From Octopus bimaculoides (Eukaryota), in contig NC_068987.1 of NCBI RefSeq assembly GCF_001194135.2, positions 71,383,066 to 71,441,773 on the forward strand: a stretch of 58,708 nucleotides of DNA. The letters are read 5' to 3'. A program made the position numbers and the translations under genes. Positions 34,566 to 47,066 of this stretch are shown here, one piece after another. Under the pieces are notes generated by a model. It was not told the DNA's origin. It ran no database searches and saw only the letters and a program-made list of their open reading frames with translations. Numbering within the stretch: position 1 is the stretch's first letter; every line of letters starts with the position of its first letter.

Positions 34566-36304
34566 GTGTTTGAAGAAAATGCAAGAGAAAAGATATCTGT
34601 ACACATACATAGAATAGTCAAACATTTTCCATGCAGCGAATTTCACTCATTTGTATTAGTGAAACTAAGTCTACCGCAAACGACTCTTAAAATTTTATTG
34701 GTGTCGAAGCTAGAATTACGTAGATGTATATCGAACTTTTTAATCACTTATACTTTTACTTACTTCTACAACATAAATTAAGATACTTTGCTGCAATTAG
34801 GGCGGAACTATTTTGCAGTCTGAACTTCAAACAAGCTGATTTCAAATATAAGTGATATTGAAACGGCCGTTATATTACCTTCGGTTTATTTTAAACTGGG
34901 TATACATTTACTTTACCATAGAGACCGTAATATTAGAAGCTGTCTACGTTTATACTCTTGTACCTATTGCTCACGGCTTTAAACATCATACAGTAATATA
35001 ACTACTGAATAACTAATATAAAGAATGAGTGAGTTCGCTTGTATCTTTTATTGCTGCTACTTCGATGACTGTAAGAGATATACATATAGACTATTTGAGT
35101 CATTAATTGACAGTTATGTAAAGTAAAATAGCTTTAATATCGAAACATCTTATTTAACAGTTACTTGTCTAGAGTTCATGTTTATACCAAAAATTTTCTT
35201 TCTTAACTTAAACGCAAGGACATTTTTATTCCTGAAGATGTAGAAAATAAGCCAATCCTAAAATTTTATTAGTGCTCGTTCTCTTGCTCCTAAAGTGATC
35301 TCTTTTTGTTTTGTTTTCTTTGTATATCAGAGTCAATTTTTACTGCTAGGTTCTCTTTATTTAGTATGCCAAACACGTTGGCAACAAAGCAGCGAATGCG
35401 TGCAGTGAATAGGAAAAATAATAGATACTTTGATGTAGTTATACTCAATAAAAAGAACAACAAAATATCAATAGAATCCTTACAAAGGTGCAATAAACTT
35501 GAAAATTAACAATCTACGAATGTTTGGTGCTGCGCCAAAGAAATAGATCTTATACCTCCAGTTTGGAAGCTCAGGAGACCGAAATTTATCCGGTGTGGTT
35601 TTCGAGGCGTCTAGGCTTGTACAAGATTCCTCCTTGAACAGGCAGCCAATCGTTCGTTTCAGGATTAAATCCGATGCCACTACTATGAATTTTCAGCTTA
35701 ACATAGTGGAGCAATCACGTAAAGGAATTATCTTCAAGAGAGAACGCGTAGCTCTACCCAAAAATCGAGCCACTTGTCGAACGAACTGGAGTCCAAATAT
35801 ATGATCATTAAGCCACTGCCTTCAAGATCAAAATATACAATATTAATAAATATTTATTAACTTACATTGGTCGATTTTAATGACTGGATAACCCAATCTT
35901 TGTAAAATATTTGCAGCCGCAGAACAATAAAACTGTTGAGATATTGACGAAATACGCAATATCTACGCAGTAATATAACAAGACCCGTACACCATAGTTC
36001 CTCATTCAAATCACACCAGTGTGAAATTTATTTTTCTTATCTCCGGGATCAATATGGGGAATACCAGTAATTCATGGTGGTGATCCAATCATCACTTTCA
36101 CTACATTCACGTTTCCACAAATTGAAGAAAATAAGATCGCCGTTGGTATCGTTGTCATCGTAGATGTTATTGATAGTTTTTCTGTTGTTTTGTGAAATAT
36201 ACTGAAGATACACCCAACAGAGTCTGAGGAAGTATTGCTGCTTGCTCTTCTTTTTCTTGATGTTGATGCCGATATATTTTCCGTTGTGACGGTTGTGAAC
36301 AAAA

Positions 36305-36412
36305 GGTGGCGGCGGCCGTAGTAGCGGCAATGCTGGTGGTGATAGCGGTGACTGTGACGGTGGCGGCGGCCGTAGTAGCGGCAATGCTGGTGGTGATAGC
36401 GGTGACTGTGAC
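36305..36412. repeat. Perfect 2 x 54-bp GC-rich tandem repeat in a degenerate trinucleotide tract
   Basis: GGTGGCGGCGGCCGTAGTAGCGGCAATGCTGGTGGTGATAGCGGTGACTGTGAC twice, followed by a diverged third start. Confidence 0.9.
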
Positions 36413-37325
36413 GGTGGCGGCGGTGGTGATGATAGTGGCAGTGAGTGTGGCGGTGACGATGATTAAGACCGCTATCACCAGCATCGTAGTCGTTGTCACT
36501 ATCTTCATTTTCATTATCTCTTGGGAAATCACAAGTATGAATATTATAGGAAATGGAAAATTATGCAGTTTTGTTGTAAGTTAATTTGGTGAGAAATATT
36601 TGCAAGTATCACAGAAGTAAATGGGACTAATATGAGAGATTGAAAATTAAATAACTTTTATGGTATAACACCATAGAGAATAATATAATGTTTGTAACTC
36701 AACAGAAATGCAAAACGCCCCAACAATAACAATAACATAGGTAAGTTTAAAATAGCATTCTTCTTCCCCTACCTTTGTCCCGAACCGGTTGAGCTATACA
36801 TGATTCTTAACTGTAACGTTTCTTATGCTATTGTATTTTAATCAAAGGTTAAAATGTTCAGAAATTTTCATTTAGCGAATGCAGTTCAGACATACGAAAT
36901 ATATTCGTGAAAGAATAATGAGAGGCGACGAACCTCCTCTCCCTATTACACTGTTTGGTCTATAGAGAAATGTCCACCATGTCGGTTTTTAATTGAGTTG
37001 ATTAAATATTTCATGAATAAATAGAAATTTGCCAATTACAAAATAAAAATAAACCTACGATATTAAAAATAGAATAATATCGACCAGAAAATTCTGTGAG
37101 AGCAAATTCACCGTACAATAAAACAGACGACAAACAATTTGAAATATTTGTAATTTAAAAACACACACACACACACACGCGCGCACACACATACACACAC
37201 ACATACACACATACACACACACACATACACACACACTTACACGCGCGCGCTCGCACACGCACTCACGTACACACACACATACCTACACAGACATATATAC
37301 ATGAACATATGTATCTAGATACATT

Positions 37326-37405
<80 letters not shown>

Positions 37406-37935
37406 NNNNNNNNNNNNNNNNNNNNNNNNNNNNNNNNNNNNNNNNNNNNNNNNNNNNNNNNNNNNNNNNNNNNNNNNNNNNNNNNNNNNNNNNNNNNNNN
37501 NNNNNNNNNNNNNNNNNNNNNNNNNNNNNNNNNNNNNNNNNNNNNNNNNNNNNNNNNNNNNNNNNNNNNNNNNNNNNNNNNNNNNNNNNNNNNNNNNNNN
37601 NNNNNNNNNNNNNNNNNNNNNNNNNNNNNNNNNNNNNNNNNNNNNNNNNNNNNNNNNNNNNNNNNNNNNNNNNNNNNNNNNNNNNNNNNNNNNNNNNNNN
37701 NNNNNNNNNNNNNNNNNNNNNNNNNNNNNNNNNNNNNNNNNNNNNNNNNNNNNNNNNNNNNNNNNNNNNNNNNNNNNNNNNNNNNNNNNNNNNNNNNNNN
37801 NNNNNNNNNNNNNNNNNNNNNNNNNNNNNNNNNNNNNNNNNNNNNNNNNNNNNNNNNNNNNNNNNNNNNNNNNNNNNNNNNNNNNNNNNNNNNNNNNNNN
37901 NNNNNNNNNNNNNNNNNNNNNNNNNNNNNNNNNNN

Positions 37936-38298
37936 NTATCAATACCAGCAGATGACAACGTCTCTCTAAAAGAAATGGAAAAACTTTCAAAATACAAAGA
38001 CCTGGAAATAGAGGTAACTCGAATGTGGAATCTAAAAACAGAAACAATTCCTATTATAGTAGGTGCCTTAGGTATAATAAACAAATATTCAGACAAATAC
38101 ATAACAAAAGCACCAGGACTTACAAATATATATAACATACAGAAAATTGCACTACTGGGCACAGCACACATTCTACGCAAAACACTTTCAATACAGTAAA
38201 CATAAGAGCACCACAGCAAACCACAGCACATACCCAAGGCGCACAGAGCTGCGCTCGGTAGTGAAGTGAAAGCACGTTATAAAAATAAAACTACTGAA
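37936..38298 (+). mobile_element. R4/Dong-clade 3' end (endonuclease C-terminus, 3' UTR, (AAT)n tail); upstream part lies in a gap
   Basis: SIPADDNVSLKEMEKLSKYKDLEIEVTRMWNLKTETIPIIVGALG...ALLGTAHILRKTLSIQ*, uninterrupted. Confidence 0.9.
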
Positions 38299-38513
38299 CA
38301 ATAATAATAATAAGAGATGTTACAATATGACTGAAAGCTTGGGGAGGTAGTGAAATATCTTCATGTAATACAACACATTTATTCAAATGGATTTAAAAGC
38401 TAATAAGCCAGGTGTTTTGTGGCAGTGGTTTCATCTCTTATCTTTCACTCGCCCCAGGACGCTGGATGTGTATCGCCAAGTGACTGTAAGAAAGATGCAG
38501 ATTAAAAGTGAAA

Positions 38514-39697
38514 CGAAGAAGAAGAAGAAGAAGAAGAAGAAGAAGAAGAAGAAGAAGAAGAAGAAGAAGAATAGGAAGGAGAAGAATAGGAAGAAGAAGA
38601 AGAAGAAGAAGAAAAAGAAGAAGAAGAAGAAAAAAAAGAAGAAGAAGAAGAAAGAAGAATAGGAAGGAGAAGAAGAAGAAGAAGAAGAAGAAGAAGAAGA
38701 AGAAGAAGAAGAAGAAGAAAGAAGAANNNNNNNNNNNNNNNNNNNNNNNNNNNNNNNNNNNNNNNNNNNNNNNNNNNNNNNNNNNNNNNNNNNNNNNNNN
38801 NNNNNNNNNNNNNNNNNNNNNNNNNNNNNNNNNNNNNNNNNNNNNNNNNNNNNNNNNNNNNNNNNNNNNNNNNNNNNNNNNNNNNNNNNNNNNNNNNNNN
38901 NNNNNNNNNNNNNNNNNNNNNNNNNNNNNNNNNNNNNNNNNNNNNNNNNNNNNNNNNNNNNNNNNNNNNNNNNNNNNNNNNNNNNNNNNNNNNNNNNNNN
39001 NNNNNNNNNNNNNNNNNNNNNNNNNNNNNNNNNNNNNNNNNNNNNNNNNNNNNNNNNNNNNNNNNNNNNNNNNNNNNNNNNNNNNNNNNNNNNNNNNNNN
39101 NNNNNNNNNNNNNNNNNNNNNNNNNNNNNNNNNNNNNNNNNNNNNNNNNNNNNNNNNNNNNNNNNNNNNNNNNNNNNNNNNNNNNNNNNNNNNNNNNNNN
39201 NNNNNNNNNNNNNNNNNNNNNNNNNNNNNNNNNNNNNNNNNNNNNNNNNNNNNNNNNNNNNNNNNNNNNNNNNNNNNNNNNNNNNNNNNNNNNNNNNNNN
39301 NNNNNNNNNNNNNNNNNNNNNNNNNNNNNNNNNNNNNNNNNNNNNNNNNNNNNNNNNNNNNNNNNNNNNNNNNNNNNNNNNNNNNNNNNNNNNNNNNNNN
39401 NNNNNNNNNNNNNNNNNNNNNNNNNNNNNNNNNNNNNNNNNNNNNNNNNNNNNAGAAGAAGAAGAAGAAGAAGAAGAAGAAGAAGAAGAAGAAGAAGAAA
39501 AGGAAGAAGAAGAAAGAAGAATAGGAAGGAGAAGAATAGGAAGAAGAAGAAGAAGAAAAAGAAGAAGAAGAAGAAGAAAAAGAAGAAGAAGAAGAAGAAG
39601 AAAGAAGAATAGGAAGGAGAAGAAGAAGAAGAAGAAGAAGAAAAAGAAGAAGAAGAAGAAGAAGAAGAAGAAGAAGAAAAGGAAGAAGAAGAAGAAA

Positions 39698-39725
<28 letters not shown>
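38514..39725. repeat. Large (AAG)n tract with AGAATAGGAAGGAG interruptions, spanning a gap, ending in (AAC)n
   Basis: Directly visible. Confidence 0.9.
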
Positions 39726-39728
<3 letters not shown>

Positions 39729-39931
39729 TTTTGTTACTTAGGCTCGAGGGATAAACGTGAAACGAAGAAAGAAACCGGAAAATAACATATCTTTGATGCA
39801 TCATATAAGAGAAAATATGTGTACTAGTTAGTACTTCATAGTCCTTTCTACACAAACATCTACGCCTGTGACTATCCCCTTCATCAGACTAGCGAAAATC
39901 GAACGCTTTTCAGCAGCATTTAACGAAGTCG

Positions 39932-39933
<2 letters not shown>

Positions 39934-40014
<81 letters not shown>

Positions 40015-40021
40015 TGTGTGT

Positions 40022-40060
<39 letters not shown>
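39934..40060. repeat. (GT)n microsatellite
   Basis: Directly visible. Confidence 0.95.
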
Positions 40061-40064
<4 letters not shown>

Positions 40065-41738
40065 TTTGGGCATTAATCCAAGAATTTACTTAATTAAACT
40101 CATCCACAGGTATTAGCTATCAGGCATAATAGTAATCTGGAGATTGATTTATTAAACATGTTGAAAATTAATAAACATCCGAAGAGTTTTATATTAAAAA
40201 CAAGAAGAATAGAGTAAGCATGTCCTTTTAATACGCCTATTTACAATCGTTTCATCTGAATAATATGTCTCATTTATCTTGCTACATTATGCAATAATAT
40301 ATACGACTAGTGGCTATTCTCCTGCTGGCATCGATATAACACATGCCGATTCAAAATAATCAAGATTACGTATCAAAATCATTTGCTGAAGGAACTTGAA
40401 TTATCTAGAATTCATGCATACACCGGGTTTGGACTGATTACAGGATCGCATTTACATGTCACAAACAAAACAAACCACTGCTGAGTATTAAGCGGTCGCG
40501 GAAGAAGAAGCGAAAAATATACAGGAAAAGTATTTTATGTTTTTAGGCGTTATAGTAAATTATTGGCTTTTTGCCAGTGTCTATATCAGTAAAATAATTT
40601 TATAGCTGTGCTCTTCATATAGTTATATGGTTCTTAAAATCACTCATTGCATCAACTTATTGAGAAAAAAAAAATTTAAGCTAACATACATCTATATTTT
40701 TATAACTCCGAAAGTTTGTCGCCTGCCCAATTATAGCAATCAACCAAATTATGTGTCTAGGGGCCATGCGTCAGCTACCGCAATAGCCAGCAATCGCCAC
40801 AAACGCACACACAAATACACGCAGAAAAATACAGAAGACACGTGCACACAAATATTTTCAATGACTTATAAGCTACGTCTTACTAAGTAAAATATAGATT
40901 TGAAAAATGAGAAAATAAATTAATATACGTGGACACTCACTTAAAAGATACTTGTTTTGTGTTGACACACAAAATAAAAAAGTAAAAATTTTTCTTTCTT
41001 AAATTGATTCTTATTGATTCAGTCATTTCTCAAACTAACAGAGTATTTAATTATAATTACATAACAACATATATAATAGTTTGCCAGTGGCTATATGTAT
41101 TCGTGATACCCCAAATTTAAAAGTTTGTATTCGTTCAAGTAAAGCCCTTTTTAAGTCCAGGATAAATGTACAAATCTGTTTAGAAATCTTCCCATGATGG
41201 GAAAAATTAGTAATTCTACACTAAATATACTGTCTCGTATTTCTTCAAAGCTTTTCCAAACGTATGGTGGCATCTCATAAATAATACAGTGTTAATAAAA
41301 TAAATTTTGAATTATATAGTAAATACATAATATATCTTGTAAACACAGATTACATAACTTCGAATTCCCATCATACGGATAAGCAGTTTCTTAGTACAGA
41401 CCAGGAAATATTGCAACGAATCTTTTTTCCGAGAACTGCTATTTGAGTTTAACCAAAGAAGTATTATGCTTCTTCCTTATATCCTGGAATTACTCGATAT
41501 GGTTACGCTAGTGATTTGTGTTTTAATTCCCACGTTGCATTTTCATATCTCTATTTGTTCTTATCACTTCAAACAGAGCAGTATATAAAAAAATTTGAGG
41601 AGACAGATATTATTCAGAGAACACATATTTCTACTTCTGGAATTGCGTCTTTTAATCTTAGTAGTATTACCATTAGCAGCATTGCCAATTGCATTCTTAC
41701 CTTTATTTATGTTACTACTACTACTACTACTACTAATG

Positions 41739-41795
<57 letters not shown>

Positions 41796-43004
41796 GCTTC
41801 AATGCCAAAAATTTCATTACGCAATGAATACCTGGGCAGTTACTGATATAGTGCGTCCATCCTCGAATGGACTACAGAGGAAATATCAACACAGGATAGA
41901 AGGACGAGAAAGTTGATGACGCTGCATGGGGCGCTACACCCTAAAGCAAACGTAAACAGACTATATTAAAAGAAAGAATGGTGGAAGAGAACTAATTAGT
42001 ATAGACCATTGTATAAGGAGTGAAAGGATTACACTAGCCAAGTATTTGATAAATAGTGATGAAGACCTGCTGCAATATGCTGCGAAAGATATGGGTGTAA
42101 ATGCAGACGAAATTATGAGCAAGGAAGAGTTTAAACAAAGACCTGAGGAGAAGAGAAAAGAAGACCTTCTTGAAATGAGAATCCATGGACAGTTTGAAAG
42201 GAATACACAAGACAATAAGGATAACATCGTGGACATGGCTTGAGCGAGTTGATTTGAAACGTACCACACCGAAAACCTGACCATTGCTGCTCAAGATCAG
42301 GCTCTCCCTACCAAGTGAGTGAAGCGTAACATTTATAAAACTTCTGGCACCTAGAAATGTAGATTCTGTGGAAAGAGTGTGGAAAATGTGACCCACTTAG
42401 TAAGTTGACTCGAGAGCCTTGCACACAAAGTACACAAGCGCCGCCACGATAAAGTGTTTGTGCATCTTCCTTGGCTCTTATGCTGTAAATACCAATATGA
42501 AGTAACAGATAACTGGTATGAGCATTTACCAAGTAAATTTATGCAGGAGGATGAAAAATGAAACGATAGTCTTGGACTATGATTTTCAGACGGATCGTGT
42601 AATCGAATATCGTCGGCTGGATATTGTCATATTGAATAAGAGGGACAAATACTGTCAGATCATTGATGTAGACATACCAAATGACATGAATGTTGTGAGT
42701 AAAGAGATTGAAAAAATCACCAAGTACTCCGAATTGAAAGTGGAAATGGCAAGACCGTATGGAATGCGGAAGGGTAATGTAAAAGTGATACCAATGGTGA
42801 TCGGAGCGTTGGGCTCAATCCCATTGAAACTTCAAGACTTCTTAAGGCAATTGGAAATCCAAAGTAAGATTGATGTCTTGCAAAAAGCAATCTTATTGGG
42901 CACAGCGCACATCTGAAGGAAAGTATTATCTGTGTGAGGCTCTTGTGTGACTTAACAGATGACTAAAGACTCCGGTGTATTTTTACCTACACTGTGTTAC
43001 GAAG

Positions 43005-43005
<1 letters not shown>
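41796..43005 (+). mobile_element. 5'-truncated R4/Dong-clade element between (AAT)n tracts
   Basis: DRRTRKLMTLHGALHPKANVNRLY, MRIHGQF, CRFCGKSVENVTHLV, YKRRHDKV, DYDFQTDRVIEYRRLDIV...KEIEKITKY...IPMVIGALG...AILLGTAHI. Confidence 0.9.
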
Positions 43006-43080
<75 letters not shown>

Positions 43081-43083
<3 letters not shown>

Positions 43084-43778
43084 CATTCAATGATAAAGGA
43101 AAAGATCAGAAAAGTATGTTATCTCAGGGTAAGGGCAATACTCAAGATAGAGCTAAATGCAAGAAACAGGATCGAAGTAATCAATTCTTTAGCCATACCG
43201 GTCGTGACTTACAGTTTCAATATTATTAACTGGTCAATTACTGAAATATGTAATCTTGACAGAAAAATACGAAAATTGTTGACAATACGTAGAATGCACC
43301 ACCCTTGCTACAATTGGCCTAAACACTTACTTGAAAACTTCTGGTGAAGGGATGCTAAAACTTGTCTTAAAGCATGGAAACAAGAAAAGCTCATACTCAA
43401 TAACAAAACAGGGAAGGAAATATCTAAGCGAATTCCAAATAGAGCAAGCCCCAGTATTAGATGTATTGGAAACAAGCACAGAAAAAGCTAAGCGTATGAA
43501 AACCTTGCTAAAACCGCTGCTTTAGATATTCTTACTGATAAATGCCAAGAAAACATCTCAATGGCAAATACCTGGAGAGAGCTAATAATACTGATGTTGA
43601 AGAGAGTAGACGTGATACCAATAGTAATTGGAGCACTTAAAAGTATCAACACTCAACTACCAGCATGGCTGAAAAAGATCGGTGTGAAGCATGACCGGTA
43701 AACAAGTATCACCTTAGTCTGCTGGATGTGGGCAGCTGACACTTTCCATCATACCCAAAATAAGCTGTGAGTTTTCAG
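43081..43778 (+). mobile_element. Second R4/Dong-clade fragment, internally deleted or chimeric, followed by (GAT)n(AAT)n
   Basis: RVRAILKIELNARNRIEVINSLAIPVVTYSFNIINWS...MHHP, then a jump to VIPIVIGAL. Confidence 0.82.
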
Positions 43779-43802
43779 ATGATGATGATGATGATGATGA
43801 TG

Positions 43803-43848
<46 letters not shown>

Positions 43849-44812
43849 TTCAGACCATCTCCAAGAAATATTCAGACCATCTCCTAAAAAAATTCAGACC
43901 ATCTCCAAACCCAAACACCATGTACAAAAAATAGCTGACAAAGGGTTGGACTATATCCGAGTAAGTAATACTCATTGAAATTTATCTCTATTTTTCCAGA
44001 TATAATGATGCATTTTAACTTGATACCTCCACTACCCGCACAGCGATCGTAAACACACGTGTTACATCAAAATCAGACCATCTTCGAACCCCAAAACACC
44101 ATGTACAAAAGAATTACAGACAGATTAAATAATACCGATATTATTCCACCCAAGAATAACAACCGAGAAGTACGTACTGTAAGCTTGTTACGAAAAAAGT
44201 ACGAAGATATGAACGTGCAAAACAATCTGAGANNNNNNNNNNNNNNNNNNNNNNNNNNNNNNNNNNNNNNNNNNNNNNNNNNNNNNNNNNNNNNNNNNNN
44301 NNNNNNNNNNNNNNNNNNNNNNNNNNNNNNNNNNNNNNNNNNNNNNNNNNNNNNNNNNNNNNNNNNNNNNNNNNNNNNNNNNNNNNNNNNNNNNNNNNNN
44401 NNNNNNNNNNNNNNNNNNNNNNNNNNNNNNNNNNNNNNNNNNNNNNNNNNNNNNNNNNNNNNNNNNNNNNNNNNNNNNNNNNNNNNNNNNNNNNNNNNNN
44501 NNNNNNNNNNNNNNNNNNNNNNNNNNNNNNNNNNNNNNNNNNNNNNNNNNNNNNNNNNNNNNNNNNNNNNNNNNNNNNNNNNNNNNNNNNNNNNNNNNNN
44601 NNNNNNNNNNNNNNNNNNNNNNNNNNNNNNNNNNNNNNNNNNNNNNNNNNNNNNNNNNNNNNNNNNNNNNNNNNNNNNNNNNNNNNNNNNNNNNNNNNNN
44701 NNNNNNNNNGAAGAAGAAGAAGAAGAAGAAGAAGAAGAAGAAGAAGAAGAAGAAGAAGAAGAAGAAGAAGAAGAAGAAGAAGAAGAAGAAGAAGAAGAAG
44801 AAGAATAGCTTC

Positions 44813-45017
44813 AGAGGATGGGTAAGTCGATTACATCGACCCCAGTGCTTGACTGATATTATTTTATCCACTGCGAAAGGATGAAAGGGTAATTTGACCC
44901 CGGCGGAATTGGAACTCAGAACCTACAAACGTATCTGCCACCTCACACCCTTAAGAATGTAAAGACAGACGAAATGCCGCTAAGCATTTTTGCCAGTGTA
45001 CTAACGATTCTGCCAAC
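44813..45017 (-). mobile_element. SINE family A with a ~36-bp internal insertion, next to (AAG)n
   Basis: GTCGATTACATCGACCCCAGTG...GAACTCAGAAC[insert]GTAAAGACAGACGAAATGCCGCTAAGCATTTT...AACGATTCTGCCA. Confidence 0.8.
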
Positions 45018-45041
45018 AACAGTGACTGTCTTTGCCCTACG

Positions 45042-45517
45042 TGTCGGCGAGAAATGGAAACAAAATTATAAAAGAAAAACTAGTAAAATGCATTTGAACA
45101 ATTGGCTGATAGGTGGAAACAAGAACCTCTGCATGGCAAATATGTGACCCGTAGCAAACAAGCTGATATAGATCAGAAGCACACCCATTAATGGATACGA
45201 AGCTCTTGACTAAAGGCAGAGCCAAGGTTTTATCTTAGCTACTGAAGATTAGAGCTTATTGACTCGGAACTACCAAGCCAACGTGATGGAAAATGGTGTA
45301 GAAAATTGTGCCGATATTGCAACGACGAAATTGAAACGGTTGATCACATAATCTCTGGGTGTAACGTTTAAGCACAAGTTGAATATAAATCTAGACATGC
45401 CAGAGTTGGCCGATATTTACATTGGATCATATGTCAGCATTATAAAATCAAACCTGTTGACAAATTGTACAAGCACCAAACTGAGGGAGGGAAATGTAAC
45501 GATTCTTTGGGACTTTT
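45042..45517 (+). mobile_element. R4/Dong-clade fragment containing the CCHC knuckle
   Basis: WKQEPLHGKY, CRYCNDEIETVDHIISGC, EYKSRHARVGRYLHW, GNVTILWDF. Confidence 0.85.
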
Positions 45518-46796
45518 TCCCTCTTTCCTCTCTTTTTCTTCCCTTTTTACAGTGTGTTTATTTTGTATACGGTGAGTCTGTTTGCCCTAGGTGTTGGGAA
45601 GACACTCGGCAAAAATGGAAACAAAATTGAAAGAAGATAATGATAATGATATTATTATTATTATTATTATTATTATTCTGTAAATAACTGTTTGATTACT
45701 ATTGTTATTATTATCACTATTATCCATGCTATTGTCATGTTACTCTTAATATAATTAATCTTATTTGAGTTAATATAATGGCTATCACTAACAGACACAC
45801 GTGAAACTATCTTACGCAACATCATATAACTTAGAGTACTATATTTTAAAATTAAACAATAAGAATTAAACCCAGAAACATAATAACAAGAGCAATAATT
45901 ACGGTAGAAACAATAGTATACATATAGCCCAGCCGAATGTGGTTGAGTTGAGTAATAACGTTTATATAGATACTGGTAATTATTTGATATAGTACTAAAG
46001 CATAAACGATCCCAAATATATATAATGTGGAGTACTGTGATCACAAAAATATTGTAAGACAAATAGTAATGACGAATAGTTATTATATTAATCGTAATAA
46101 TTATAAAAATAATGATAGTCATAATATTACCAATATTAATACTAATTGTCCCAAGAATAACAATGACAATATCAAAGATAACTGTTAATGACTTGTAGGG
46201 ATACTGTATTTCGTTATGCTACCATAATGCACTACAAAGTATATTAAACGATTTTATAAGTCAATACTTTGTACTACAGTGTTAGCAGTGCTCTTAAATC
46301 ACTTATTAAGGTCATCCCTACATATTTTCTTTATAAATTATAGGCAGCACTGATTTTGTTACGACGATTCGCATCCGAGACGCCAAATGCAAACAAACAA
46401 TGAGATCGAGGATGAAAAATTGGGTAATGGGCGATTAGTCGAAGAGAAAAGCGAAGAGCGAAAGAAAAATGAGAGGGGAAAAGATGGTAATGGTGACGAG
46501 TGAGAGAGTAAGAGGGTGAGTGGTGTGTATTAGGTCTATAAAATTGTGCATAAAGTTATATAAAGTGTATATATGAAATGCATTAAGTAATCATTGTATT
46601 CCAATTTCCTTCACATTTCAATGATTACCAAATGAGCAACTATCTTTGGATACAAACACAACACAAGATATGCATTCAGGATTTTTGGATAAAGTTTTCA
46701 GAAATATGCTTACCATTAATTTTGTAAAATATTCACGCTTCCCGCCAGTATATATTATGTATATTAATGTGTGTGTGAGTGTGTGTNNNNNNNNNN

Positions 46797-46836
<40 letters not shown>

Positions 46837-46868
46837 TGTGTGTGTGTGTCTTTGTGTATTGTTGTTGC

Positions 46869-47066
46869 TGTTGAAAGCCTATTAAAGAGCGGTATTCATC
46901 TTGAGAAAGCATCTCTTATAGGTATGTATTGTATGCACATACATTTAGCAATGCTTGCGCCGCCGCTGCCGGGTGGATTTCTTCTGCTACATATACATTT
47001 CTGCATACTCTATCTGTAAGCGATACTCTCTCGGGATGAATACTGCAGTTTAGTAGGCTTTTAACA
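46869..47066 (+). other. Long imperfect inverted repeat / RNA hairpin
   Basis: 46869-46924 pairs ungapped with 47011-47066: 44 Watson-Crick, 7 G-U, 5 mismatches by hand count. Inner helices GTATGCA/TGCATAC and TAGCA/TGCTA. Confidence 0.85.

Noticed and set aside
35480-36532. Host-gene exons from the short ORFs here
   Set aside because: No recognisable domain; several overlapping frames are open because of low-complexity triplet content.
39850-39915. Minus-strand CTGATGA near GAAA as a hammerhead
   Set aside because: No NUH cleavage site, stem I or stem II in a valid arrangement.
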